Part shown: piece by piece, positions 1 to 12,310 of the stretch | Position numbering within the stretch: position 1 is the first letter of the stretch | Layout of the letters: each line of letters begins with the position of its first letter | DNA from: Blasia pusilla | Lineage: Eukaryota | Direction: 5' to 3' | NCBI GenBank assembly: GCA_050084515.1 | Contig: CM114271.1 | Coordinates: forward strand, 45,260,001 to 45,324,000 | Length of the DNA: 64,000 bases | Position numbers and translations under genes: made by a program | Notes under the pieces: model-generated | The model's input: the letters and a program-made list of their open reading frames with translations, nothing else | Databases searched by the model: none | What the model was told of the DNA's origin: nothing

Positions 1-399
1 CTATCAACTTGGTTCTACATTATTTTCAGACTATATTTTGGTTTCTTAAAAGATAATGATAAACAATAATTTCTAATTTTCTCCTATAGTTATTATTCTT
101 TCATCTGTGTCGAATCGATTGTTTTATTCATGATTGTATGAGAATTGTTATTAAAAAAACATCAATAGTAGTCTATCCCTCTTTGTTGCCTTATCCATAG
201 TTTTCTTTGTGATGTTTGTTTGTTTACTAGTTAGTTCAATTCTTGTAAATTTTTGCATAATCTTCAAATAAATTTATTTGTGCAACCTTATATGTTTCTA
301 ACTTTGTCCATGTCCCATACTTCTTGGATTTATGATTTTATGTATATTTTGAAATTTTCATCTGTAATTAAATCATTTATTTTATACAAGGTGGATTTA

Positions 400-1372
400 T
401 CTATATAATAATTGGTGACCACATATGCATAATACGACAAGATAGCGGGATAATAAGACAAAATAGGTAACATCCTTGAAATTTGTTTCCGTAGGCATAT
501 TAGATGGGTAGAGATAGAACTAAGGAAACCAATAAGGATTTGAGTGGAAAATATTTTTATCAAATAATAATTAATTTAACATTATAATTGATCATTATAA
601 ATATTAATAGAATGTAATAATCATGATAAATAACCAGAATTCTAGAATTTTTACCTCAATTCATATTTGATAGAAAAAACAAATAAATATTGATTGAATG
701 AGTAGATTTTGTATAAATTTTATGGAAAGATAAAATTACTAAGAGTATTAGGATAACATTTAAATTTGAATGAAGGATTATAATTACTAAAAAGAGTGAA
801 ATTCTATTACTCTTCTAAGATTTTAGAAAATATAAATTATCTTTAAAATTTGAAATAAATAGCATGATAATTTTTTTTAATAATCGTATGAATTCACATA
901 TAATATTTTGTGAAAGGAAAATGAATTTGAATGGAGAAGGAAAATGATTTTGTTAATTAAAATTAGCTTAGATTTTGGTTTGTGAACGTTATTTTGGTGG
1001 GAAGAGTGGAAGGGAAAGAATAGTTATTATTTGAGCTTTTATTGAGGATTGAATTTATTTAGGGGGATGGGAGTTATTTAAAGCTGAAATTTTCTTACTC
1101 TTTCACGATTGAAAAAAGTGGAAATTACACTTAAATTGTAATACTAAATAAAAATTGAAAATTTAAACATAATTTTAGAAAAACGATTAGTGAAACATTT
1201 TTTTCTTGTCCAATTACTACATGTCAATAGTAATTGGTCAAGAAAAAAATGTTTCGCATGTTATGGGCGAGAAGGAAAAAGTTTGAATTTGTGTGAAGCA
1301 TCATTAATCCCCTCACTAACAAAAGCTCTCCAAATTTTATTTTTTTCATGCATCGCACAGGTATCTTACTAG
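400..1372 (+). mobile_element. Non-autonomous Helitron, long AT-rich family, copy 1
   Basis: A|TCTATATAATA 5' end; 3' end CATGCATCGCACAGG-TATCTTACTAG|T (degenerate subterminal hairpin + CTAG), inserted between A and T, no TSD; colinear homolog at 31699-32629. Confidence 0.8.
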
Positions 1373-1934
1373 TTTGTTTGCAACTTCTTTCTCTTTGTAG
1401 ACATGAATAAAACACTAAAATTGTAAGACTCTAGATTATCCGAAGTTTCTTTTGAAGCAATTAGTAAGTCACACGTGGATCCGTTGCAATTCTTCTCTCT
1501 TCTCAAATATGTTTTGTGACTAACATCCACGTTATGAATAGAAATTTGAGAAATTTTGTTACTAGGACCCTCCTCTTTGTAATCAAATTTTTTTGTTACA
1601 ACTAATTAATACATGGACAAAATATTTTCACATTCAATCTTTTTGCATGCTAGTGACCTATTTTGATTTGTTCTACTCATTTGTTAGGAAAGAGTATAAA
1701 GGAACATAAGAGAATATAAATAACAATCATATGAAATGGCAATACCAACTCAGAAGCCACTAGAATAATATAATTGACGAGTCATGTAAGCTGAAATTTG
1801 GAAGATCTTACCCACTTTGGACATAAATTATTCCTAAAGAGGGAGGAGAAGCAAAGATTTGGTTTCAAATTTCATGGAGAAATTCAACACTTTCCATTAG
1901 GAATTGGTTTCTCATATAAGAGAATACTAGGCTA

Positions 1935-2132
1935 CTAGCATAATGCCCTTGCTAAGCACAGGTGAAAATCAGCGTGAGGGAAAAGCCATTTGTTAAGTCT
2001 ATGGTCTGTTATCTTAATTATTCTATTAAACATAACATGTGTCAACACTAGAGGAGGGCAAAAAGAACATGTGTATACACGGTAGGAAGGGTTCCTCAAA
2101 CCCCATCCTCAAACTCTCCACACCTTATATAG
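1935..2132 (-). mobile_element. Short non-autonomous Helitron (minus strand)
   Basis: CTAG at 1935 followed by hairpin GCCCTTGC-TAA-GCACAGG; homologous to 10339-10490; 5' boundary approximate. Confidence 0.6.
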
Positions 2133-2368
2133 GTGTGGAGAGTTTTACAAAGAAGAAGACCAGTCCAAAAAAAAAAATCAGTTTAAGGCCTTTATCCTAG
2201 GGAGGTAAGGGAAGTGAATCTTACAAGACATGCATGAAAGACCTATACGATTTGAGTCGTGGCTACAAAATGGAGATAAAAATAAATGCACAAATAGACA
2301 TCATAAAGTCTCTATATCTCAAGTTTAACCTAGATAACAATAGTAAACTCAAACGAGGGGTTCTACTC

Positions 2369-2522
2369 TTATGTATTATTATCATGGGAGAGTGCCCTCT
2401 TGATTTTCAAACACCTCTATGCTTGATAGGTGGCAACTGGGCAACAAGAAAATATTTCAAATGCTACGGGAAACAAGAAAAACCCCTTTTTTTTCATATG
2501 CATCGCACGGGCACCTTACTAG
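2369..2522 (+). mobile_element. Short non-autonomous Helitron
   Basis: 5' TATTATTATCATGGGAGAGTGCC shared with the 57487 copy; 3' GCATCGCACGGGCACCTTACTAG|T shared with the 400-1372 family. Confidence 0.7.
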
Positions 2523-2713
2523 TCTTCTATATGAGGGACCACCAAGAGCATTTGTCAGAGCAAGCCTCTCAAGACTTCTTTTCATCAATATTGGAATCGG
2601 TTATTAGATGTCTTCATAGTGAATTGGATTCATACCTCAATCCATCTCAATAAGATTTCTTTACAATCCTCTTATCCACTATTGTCATTTCTTGTTTGTA
2701 TCAATTATTGCTA

Positions 2714-2988
2714 GGCTCCAAATTTTCTAAAGAATGTCCACTTAATATATGGAAAATATATCAAATGTGATGGAAAGCTACCATCGCCAAGATAGGTCAT
2801 AATCCAATCTCGCGCCTAGTTGTAAGGTGACTGATAATGTAGTAATTATTAGGCTCTGGACTATCTGTAGAAGATCCACTCAAGGTATGGAAAATATGTC
2901 AAATGTGACGAAAGCTACAAGCTAAATCTACAAGTAAGATGTCATAATACAATTTGGCACCTAGTCGTAAGCCGACTAATAATGTAAG
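2714..2988. repeat. Diverged tandem duplication, two units of about 140 bp
   Basis: CCACT..ATGGAAAATAT.TCAAATGTGA..AAAGCTAC..GTCATAAT.CAAT..CCTAGT.GTAAG..GACT.ATAATGTA occurs twice (2714-2842, 2851-2988). Confidence 0.7.
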
Positions 2989-3499
2989 TATTGGAGCTTC
3001 ATTGAGCAACAACTTCTTAGAAATTGCGGCTAATCACAAGTCCTAGTATACAATTTGTTAATGGATGCATGAACACTCCAATATTTGTGTGGTATTCCAT
3101 TGAACATAGTAGGACTCTTTTGTAGAGTAGATAGGATTTTGCTCTTCTATCAAACTTCAACCACTAATTTTTAGGTCCGACGACTATCATCATCAAGCTA
3201 TACCAATGATTGAATCTATTGTTTTTTAATGTCACTAATCGTAATGTAAATAAAGAAGACCCATTTCTGCTATAGAGATTATTTATCGAATCGAATTTGC
3301 TAAGTTGGATGAGAATGTGGATATGGAGATGACATCCTTTATGGGCATCAAGGGGGTGTGGGAGGTGGATTGGAAGAAGTGTGACAAGGATATGGTGACC
3401 CACTTCTTGAGCACATTCAATCCTAACACTTTTGAGGGCATGTTGAGATGAACATATAAGATTACAATACAAGAGTAAACCTTATCTATGTCTCCCAAA

Positions 3500-3925
3500 T
3501 AAGGTCGTACATAGAAAAATTCCATGACCGTGGACATGTCCATGTTCATAGACTTATGTCCATCCCTACGATGGACATGTTCGTGCGGGCTCGAGAACTC
3601 GTGGCCCGCACCCATTCCATTTTGTAGCCCGCATTAAGCCCATACGCGACCCGTAGGAAGTGTTGGGCCCCCATTACGTGGGCTTAGGCTTATGAAGGGC
3701 CCAAAGATGGGTCTGCACAAGGTTCGTATGGGAGGCTCAATCCCGCGTAGGTAGGCCTTACGCTCGCGTAAGGACTATGCGTTGAGATTTCTTAGGTTGT
3801 GCTCAGACTACAAAATAGGTGCAATTTCGACCAACTAGGTCTACATCACGAGCTCGGATGTGGGCCGGGGAACCAACGGGCATATCTGTCCCATGGATGG
3901 ACTTGTCCATTTCCATGCAACTTTT
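3500..3925 (-). mobile_element. hAT-type MITE, older copy (inverted relative to 34996-35444)
   Basis: Degenerate TIRs TAAGGTCGTAC / TGCAACTTTT; both ends are the reverse complement of the ends of 34996-35444; subterminal GGACATGTCC repeats; left flank CTCCCAAA, right flank CTCC then the copia LTR. Confidence 0.75.
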
Positions 3926-3929
3926 CTCC

Positions 3930-4241
3930 TATTGAAGATTGAGTTATAGTCAAGCTCATCAGACACATGAACTTCTATATTTGGTACTCACACGAAGTAA
4001 GGAAGCTTAATCTTGGTTAGTCTATTAAGAGCGATTCTCTTAACTAGGGTTAGTTAATCACAATTAGTCTAACTTGAGACTATGGTTAAAATTAGGGTTA
4101 GGGTTGCTTGTATATACCCTGTACAATTGAGAAGGAGACCAACATCCACTCATTCTCTCGTTGCAAATTTTGTTCTTTATGGTGGTGTGAGAGTGTGAGA
4201 GCCGTTTCCTACTAGTTATGCTTCTTTAGCAATTTTCCACA
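3930..4241 (+). repeat. 5' LTR of the copia element
   Basis: TATTGAAGATTGAGTT...TTTTCCACA directly followed by the PBS; aligns by eye to 8903-9196. Confidence 0.9.
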
Positions 4242-4253
4242 TGGTATCAGAGC
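4242..4253 (+). promoter_or_regulatory. Primer binding site complementary to tRNA-iMet
   Basis: TGGTATCAGAGC immediately after the 5' LTR. Confidence 0.9.
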
Positions 4254-4832
4254 GATAGGAGAACATCACTTGAAATTCTTGGTGTTAGAGGAGAGAAGAG
4301 AGGCAAGAGATGGCACAATTTTAGTTTGGGAGAAGGAAATTTTGTTCAGAGCTCAGTGGGTACAGATTTCAAGTGGAGCTTTGATAGTGATAAAACTTTG
4401 GAGGCATTTTTTGAGGCCTTTCCGAGTCGATTTAGCCAACTACATCCGTAGCGGCTAGAACGATGCTGTAGACGAGTTCTTGCAATATTGTAGAGCTCGT
4501 TGAGAGATTTCCAATGCATCCAAAATCACTCAATTTTGACATTATGAGCTCATGAAGTAGCAATTTTAGTGTAGGAAAGTGCAATTAGTTAAAGAAAAGT
4601 TTTGCAATTTGCTCTCTATATGCCAATTTTGATTAGTTCTTTCATACAATTGATCAATTTTGGCAAATTTCAAATCGATTTTTGTGTAGGAGTAGTCTAT
4701 GCTTCAATTGGAATAGTGGAAAGCCTGAAATTAGTATTATTTTTGAATAAAATCGTTCGTCATGGAATATTCCTCAACAACAATCACACGCGAGAAGCTA
4801 GATAAATAGAGTTACAATGTCTGAAAGTTTCG

Positions 4833-7800
4833 ATGAAAAAAATTCTCATGGATCAAGAACTATGGGAGCTTGTCACAGGTGATGAGGCCAAGCCAAAAGA
4901 TCACTCAATAGACTTGAATGTTCACGCCTGGAACAAACGCGCAAGGCAAGTAATCCACTACATTTCAATAACGATCAGTTCGCCAATGATAGGTCAGATT
5001 CAAGATGTTCATAGTCCGAAGGTGGTCTGGGATGCATTGGAAAAGCTGTTCTTGACATCTACAAAGGCCATGAAGCTTCAATTGAAACAACAATTGAACG
5101 AAGTGAAGAAAGGATCGCAAAGGATCAAAGATTATATTTTGAATATCAGACATATTTTGGATCTGTTGAATATCATCGGAGTGAAAGTAGAAGATGATGA
5201 TATGATTTTATTCACTCTTCAAGGCCTTCCAAAGTATTACAAGTCCTTTGAGACCTCTATCTCTGTGAGAGAGAAGTATCCAACCTTTCAAGAGTTAGTT
5301 CCTCTGTTGATCAGTGAAGAGATGCGCCTAGTAGGCAACGGTAGCTCGTCTAGTCTGCAAGAGAGTGTGCTATTTGCAGGTTATGGATCAAACAGAGGCA
5401 TGGGTCGTGGCAGAAGCTTCCGTGGACATGGTGGATATCAAGCATATGGAGGAAGAGAGACTCAATATACCGTCACTCAATCACCTACGAACCAATACTA
5501 GACACAATCACAAGGTGATGATGGTGCAAAACGTTGGGGTTGAGGTCAGCAGCAGAGGGTCCCTGGATCTTGCAATTACTATGGGATAAAGGGTCACTAT
5601 GCAAAGTTTTGCTTCAAGAAGAAGGCAGATGTGAGAATAAGAGCCTTACAACAACAAAACTATGTGGAGCAACAACATCAAGGGCAGTACCAAGAACAAC
5701 AACATTCACAAACGGAGCATCTTTTGGTCATGACTCATCATATGGGAGCAATAGTCATGAAAGACTCGACAAAAAAATTGTACATCGACTGTAGTTCATC
5801 AAATCATATAACCTCACAAGCTAAATGGTTAAGTAAATTGGAGCTGGTGAAAGATCCTACAATTGTGCTTACAAGAGATGACACTCAACATCATATCACG
5901 CATACCGGTAAAGTTCCAATAGTATTAGATGGTCTTTGTGCTCTTGGAAATATTCTCTATGTTTCTACCATTACAAGAAACTTGATCTTTGTAGGACAGA
6001 TAATAGAGCAAGATTATCAAGTGAAGTTCAACATAGAGGGTTGTTTCAATGAAACAATGGATGATAAGACTACGATAGCCAAAGGAACTAGATCTGGCAA
6101 AATGTTCAAATTAGATATTTCTATGCCAGACATTCAAACAACAATGTATGGTCAAACTGGCCAACAAGTCACAGATCTAAATGTGTGGCATAACAGAGTT
6201 GGACATATGAATCTGTAAAGATTATAGAATCTTTCATCATTAAGATAGTAATAGGACTTCCTAAATTAGCGAATCTTGCTACGTTAGAGATGTGTCATGC
6301 TTGCCAATTTGGAAAACAAGTTAGATTTCCTTTTCCAAACCAAGGTAGAAGAGCATCCAAGATATTGGAGTTGATCCACAATGATGTGTGCACAACATCA
6401 CAACATAGCCTTAGTGGTTTCTAATACTTTATTTCATTTATTGATGACTTCTCTAGGTATATATGGGTATACTTTGTGAAAGCCAAGTTAAGGTATTCTC
6501 GATGTTCCAAACATTGATAGTATAATAGAGTAGTAGACTCGAGAACATAATCTGAAATTATGTTGTGATGGAGGAGGAGAGTATCTTTCAACAGATTCTG
6601 ATGACTATTTACGTCAGAATGGCATCCAACGTCAAGTGACTTGCCGTTACACTCCACAAAAAAATGGAGTGGTTGAGAGGAAGAATCAACATATTTTTGA
6701 AGTGGCACGAGCTATGTTGAATGAGAAGAACATGCCAAAGGTGTATTGGGCAGAGGCTATAGCGTGTGTAATCTTCTTAATCAACCAAACTTCAACAACA
6801 AGAGTTTACGATAAGACTCCATTCGAAGTCTTCACACGAAGTTAACCTGATTTTTCCTTCCTGAAAGTATTTGGTTGTATTTGTTATGCTCACGTTCCTT
6901 CTGAAAGACGTCAGAAATTTGACCCCAAATTTAAAAGATGTATATTCATTGGCTATGCTGATGGAATTAAGGGGTATGAATGCTACATTCCATCATCTAG
7001 GAAACTTATTATTAGTCGCGATGTTATCTTCGATGAACTAAAGTCATGGTATGCTCCATCTGAGCCTATTCCAGCTCTAAACTCGTCTGTTGAGGGAGAG
7101 AATATGATTTTAAATCAACAGACATTGCCTTCAAATTCCCCAAGTACTAGTGTACGATTAGGGGAGGTTATAGATTCGTCAGTTAAATCTATGAGTCCAT
7201 GTACGGGAAGAGTACGTATTCAGTCTGTTAACACTAGTCAAAGCTCGAGTCAGGTGTGAGAGGCATCTATCTCTAAACAATAACTTCGTAGATCAAGTAG
7301 AGTTATACATCCAGTTCATAGATTCATAGATGAAGGTTTTCTTGCGACACATCATGCATATATGCATGCTGAGTTGTTTTGAAGAAGCTGCAAGTAAAGT
7401 CGAATGGATTGAAGCTATGGAGGAAGAGCTTGCTGCATTAAGATATCAACAAACGTGGGAGCTGGTTGATATACCTTCCGATAAGAAAGCTATTGGTTGT
7501 AAAAGGATTTATAAAATCAACCGCAATCAAGATGATACAATTAACATATACAAAGTGAAATTGGTGACTAAAGGCATAGCCCTTAGTCACCATATGAGAA
7601 AACATTCAGCTGTGTTGCAAAGATGACGACTACGAGAACAATGGTTGTTATTGTAGTAAGTAAGAGGTTGAGATTACATCACATGGATGTCAAGAATGAC
7701 TTCTTGAATGTAGCTCTATACAAGGAGGTATATATGACTCAACCACTTGGATACGAGCATCCCAAGTTTCCATTTCGCGTATGCAGGTTGAAGAAAGCTC

Positions 7801-8915
7801 CATAGGGGCTCAAACAAGTTCCTATAGCTTGGTATGGCAAGATTACATATATCCTACAAGAGTTGGGTTTTAGGGTATGTGATTCTGACTCCTCGTTATA
7901 TGTCTTGAATGGACAAGATCATACATTTCTCATTATGTTGTATATTGACAATCTCCTTATTACTAGGAGTACTGAAGAAATGATACAACAAGTCAAGCTG
8001 AAGTTACAAGCAGAATTTGATATGAAGGACTTGAGAGAACTCAAGTACTTCCTTGGTATTGAGTTTATCAAGGTTGGAGAGAGCGTGTGGTTACTACAAC
8101 GATAATACGCTCTTTATATAATTTCAAAATATGGTATGACGGCTTGTAAGCCAATCTCTACACCGTTGGACTAGAGTGTTAAGCTAAGAGTGGATGAAGG
8201 AGAGTTGCTTGTAGATTCTAATTTGTACAGGCGTATGGTTGGAAGTTTGATCTATCTAACTATATCCCGACTAGATTTGAGCTATGTTGTTGGCATAGTT
8301 AGCCAATTTATGCAAGCACCTCGAAAATCTAACCTTGATGTTGTGAGGAGGATTTTGCGGTATATGAATTTGTTTGTTCAATTCGGGCTTCAATTTGAAC
8401 CTTCTCTGAGTTTTCAATTACAAGGATTCACACATGGTGATTGGGTTGGAAGCGTGTTTGATAGACACTCCACATCTAGTCATTCATTTACTTTGGGAAG
8501 TGCAGCTATCAGTTGGGCTTCAAAGAAGCAACCTTTAGTTGTTTCATCTTCAACAGAGGCTGAGTAGAGAGGAGCAACCAATGCAGCATGTGAGGCGGTG
8601 TGGCTTCATCGATTACTTGTTGAGATTGGTGTTAGTAACTTAGCACCTAGTGTAATATATGCAGATAATATTAGTAGCATCAAACTTGCTAATAACCCTG
8701 TGTTTCATGGTAGTACAAAGCATGTTGAGGTACACTATTATTTTATCAGAGAGAAAGTGCTTGCCGGGAAAATTCATCTTGTGTATATAGGTACAGATCA
8801 GCAAATTGCTGACATCTTTACAAAGGTATTGTCTAGAGATAAGTTTGAGATGTTTAGAAATGATTTAGGCAATAGAGATATCGATATGAGCTTGAGGGGG
8901 AATATTGAAGATTGA
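4833..8915 (+). pseudogene. Copia gag-pol polyprotein, broken by many stops and frameshifts
   Basis: UBN2-like gag (4833-5501), decayed zinc knuckle CNYYGIKGHYAKFC near 5570, protease YIDCSSSNHIT, GAG-pre-integrase WHNRVGH, integrase FIDDFSRY / TPQKNGVVERKN, RT HHMDVKNDFLN and LYIDN, RNaseH SSTEAE / YADNISSI / KHVEVHYYFIRE / QIADIFTK. Confidence 0.93.
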
Positions 8916-9196
8916 GTTGCAATCAAGTACATGAAACACTTGAACTGCTATATTTGGTACTCATACAAAGTAGGGAAGCTTAATCTTGGTTAATGAGTTA
9001 AGCCCGATTATCTTAACTAGGGTTAGTTAATCACAGTTAGTCTAACTCGAGACTATGGTTAACTTTAGGGTTAGGGTTGCTTGTACATACCCTATATAAT
9101 TGAGAAGGGGTCCTGCCTCCACTCATTCTTTCATTGCAAATTTTGTTCTCCATGGTGATGTGTGAGTGTGAGAGTTGTTTCCCACCAGTTATGCTT
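8903..9196 (+). repeat. 3' LTR of the copia element (last about 20 nt missing or displaced)
   Basis: Starts TATTGAAGATTGAGTT after the PPT; similarity to the 5' LTR stops at CAGTTATGCTT. Confidence 0.88.
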
Positions 9197-10105
9197 TAAG
9201 GACTACAATTTAAGCACTTTGGCTCTTCCGGAGTCTTTCCTATCCATGTGGTATCAACACACTAATAACGAGGAGCCAAGATTTTACTCTAAATATCTCA
9301 CAAAGTTGAAGAAGAATAGTCACATTGAAACGAGTGCAAATGTTGGGCTCGGGAGCTTTCGACTACTTTTCATCTTATGAAATCATTGCTTGCATACAAA
9401 GGCAAACCCTAAGTGTATACCTGCAAGTATGTTATTGATGGTATCATTCGTATGCCATGATTGGGAAGGGATTCCTAGGGCTTGGAAGACCATTGTGCAT
9501 CGAAAGCTCATACTCGATATTAAACAAGTATAATGACCTTGGGAAAATAGAAAAAGTAGGAGAAAGCAAGGTTAGAGTGATTTTAAGCATTGATTTAGGA
9601 ATGGGACTCGCCTTCTATAGAGGTAATAAGAGTAGTGGCTTGTATAGTTTTAGATCAAAAGAAGAAAGGCAATTCAAGGCCAAAGTGGTAGCGAACATGC
9701 AATATTTGAAAGATGATGGAGAAGGTTCAAAGACGTGAAGGGTCTTTAAGACAATTTCTCCCAAATAAAAACACACTTAGAAGAGGAAAGTTTGAGCTGA
9801 TAATGCAAAGGTGCTTGATGAGGATCATGCATCCAATCAACTATGTATTAAATTGAATATTTCTACATAAGAAAAAAAAGGAAAAGCCTCCACATTTTGA
9901 TGATAGCGCTAATTTTATTGCTCTGCCAAGAGTACAAATGAAGAAGATCTTGGATGATGAAGGGAATATTGAACTTCAATAGGGAGAAAGTGCCTTACCC
10001 TAATTAAAGAAAATAGTTCTCAAGCCTTGGGTGAAAAAAAAAACCAATGTGAGGTCGCGTTGCATTATAAAGCATGCTTGATTGTTTAACTCATCAAGTC
10101 AAACA

Positions 10106-10165
10106 ATCAAGTGCATGTACTTTAAGCTATGAAAATAATCATAGCTTAAAGTACATGCACTTGAT
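10106..10165. repeat. Perfect 27-bp inverted repeat with 6-nt loop
   Basis: ATCAAGTGCATGTACTTTAAGCTATGA-aaataa-TCATAGCTTAAAGTACATGCACTTGAT. Confidence 0.95.
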
Positions 10166-10338
10166 GAGTACCTAGAATTGAGTGGGTTTGAAATGTGGCT
10201 ACCAAGTGATAGTTATAGTGTCAAAACCATCCAAGCCCATAGATGGTACATCCAAATTGTAGGTGGATGTGGCGACATCACTTTCTAATATAAGTTTGGA
10301 AATTCAGCCCCTAGGGGTATTTCAAAATATAACCATTA

Positions 10339-10490
10339 CTAGCATAATGCCCAAGCTATGCACGGGTGAAGATCCTTGTGAGGGGAAAAGTATCAGTTAA
10401 ATCTATGACATGTTAATTTAACTATTCTCTTAAATATCACATGTGTCATCAAGTGAGGAAGGTTTTTCAAATCCCATCCTCTTTTAATTA
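10339..10490 (-). mobile_element. Short non-autonomous Helitron (minus strand), sister of 1935-2132
   Basis: CTAGCATAATGCCCAAGCTATGCACGGGTGAAGATC... colinear with 1935-2110. Confidence 0.6.
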
Positions 10491-11959
10491 TACAATCATT
10501 ATGATTTGCATGCTCATTTATTTCACACTCATTTCTTAACATATTCCATTTTTATTCTACTTTATAGAAGGTAGAAGATTCCTCAAATAGATATATAATT
10601 AAAATACATAAAAATGATACATTCTGGTATTATATTTTATCATAAGTAGTTATCATTAAATAAATAATGTTTGTAAAAACATTAAAAAAATTCAGCCTAA
10701 CACAACTCACAAAGAGTTTATGAAATGTATTGAAGATATCACTTCATATTTTGAATATTTTTTTCACAATAATTTCATTTTTTCATAAAATATTTTAATG
10801 AGATTGTATTTCTTTAGATTTAAAACAATAAGTATAGATTACTTTTCTATAAATATGATAAATCTATATTATGATTTTCAAAATAGTATGCACAATAAGA
10901 CAAGATAGTTACACTTTTATTAATTTTTTTCTTGAAGTGCTTCTTATAATATAGTGCATGTGCAAAATGTGAGGGAAAGAAAGAGGTCTTATTGAATTTT
11001 AAAGGAGATGGGAAGTGGTGGGAAATAACTATTGGTGCTCAACAAAAAATGGAGTAGTTGGGGTGTTTATTGTGGGATTTATGAGAAAGTGGAACATCGG
11101 AATGAAGCAAGTTTCAATAAATGATAGATAATGTCAATATTTCTTTTTGGGTATATTCTAATCATTTGCAAAATGATTTCAAAGTAATTGGAATAAATTG
11201 TTAGTGTGACATTATTTTTCTAGTTATAACCTCTCTTCCTAAAAAAGTTGTAGTGTATGGATTTTAGAAGGAAAATTTTGTTTGGAGGTATTGCAATGCT
11301 TATTGTAGAAATTACTCTCTTACATGCAATGAGCCATAATATTGATTAACTTGTGCCTATGTTATATATAATGTCTAGTTTATTGATGAAAGATCACATA
11401 AGATAAAATAGTAAAAGAAATTGAACTTTAACATGAAAGGAAAAAAGGAGAGAGAAGATTTACTTAAACATAGGTTCTAAGGAAAGAAGGGAGGCGAGAT
11501 AATTTTCAAAATTTTATTTTCCAAATGAAGAGTTGGGGTTTGTGGGAAGAGTTTTTTTTTTTCAAATAAAAAAGAAGGAAAGGAAATATTTTTTCAAAAT
11601 GAAGGGGAGAGGATTTATTTCCCAAAAACGAAGAGGCTTGATGAAAAGTTTTCCAAATAAAAGATGGGGCATGGGGTAGGATTTAAAATGAAGGTAAGAA
11701 ATTTCAAAAGGGTAAGAAATTTCAGATGAGGAAAATATTAGAAATTTAGATTAGAGGTCTACGGTCCTATGCCATGGCGCTAGTATTTTTTTATTTGCAC
11801 CTATACATCCCATGTTTTTGTATCTTTAGTTGAATAAGTACAGGGTGACAAAATTACAAAGTTTTTGTTTCTATCACTAAAATGCAACGGTTAGAGCCAT
11901 ACATGGTAAAATTAGTACTGGTGCAGAATTAGTATATCCACTTTATTATAAAATAAACC

Positions 11960-12310
11960 TCAAAAGAGGACAAAGAAAGGTAATAACAACTCAAAAGAGG
12001 AGTAAAAAAATTGCAGAAAAGAATGCAAAAAGAAAATGGCAACAAGCCAACAAAAAACAGCGGCTCAACAAGCTACACGATTGATAGCTTGAAACAAATC
12101 TGACAAGAACACGAGTGGTTGGTCGGATGTGAATGGACGACGAGGCCAGCGACCCCCCACCACCTCCGCACGACGTATCAATGCCAAGGCTTGTGCACGT
12201 TGTAAGGCCATTGAGATGCATTGCCGAAAATAAATAGTAACTACCGAGAGAGAAGGACAATGGGAAGGGGCAAGGTGATGATTCTCGAGGGAGTGGTGAG
12301 CACTTCTTTT
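11960..12310 (-). mobile_element. 3' fragment of a CRE-like (RLE-type) non-LTR retrotransposon
   Basis: Encodes YFRQCISMALQRAQA (ORF 12065-12430); nucleotide similarity to 37885-38212 (GATTCT..AGGGAGT.GTGAGCAC.TCTTTT and 3' UTR AAAGAGGACAA). Confidence 0.7.

Larger units (their letters stand above)
3930..9196 (+). mobile_element. Decayed full-length Ty1/copia LTR retrotransposon
   Basis: Two LTRs (3930-4241, 8903-about 9196), PBS at 4242, polypurine tract GAGGGGGAA just before 8903, internal order gag-protease-integrase-RT-RNaseH typical of copia. Confidence 0.95.
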
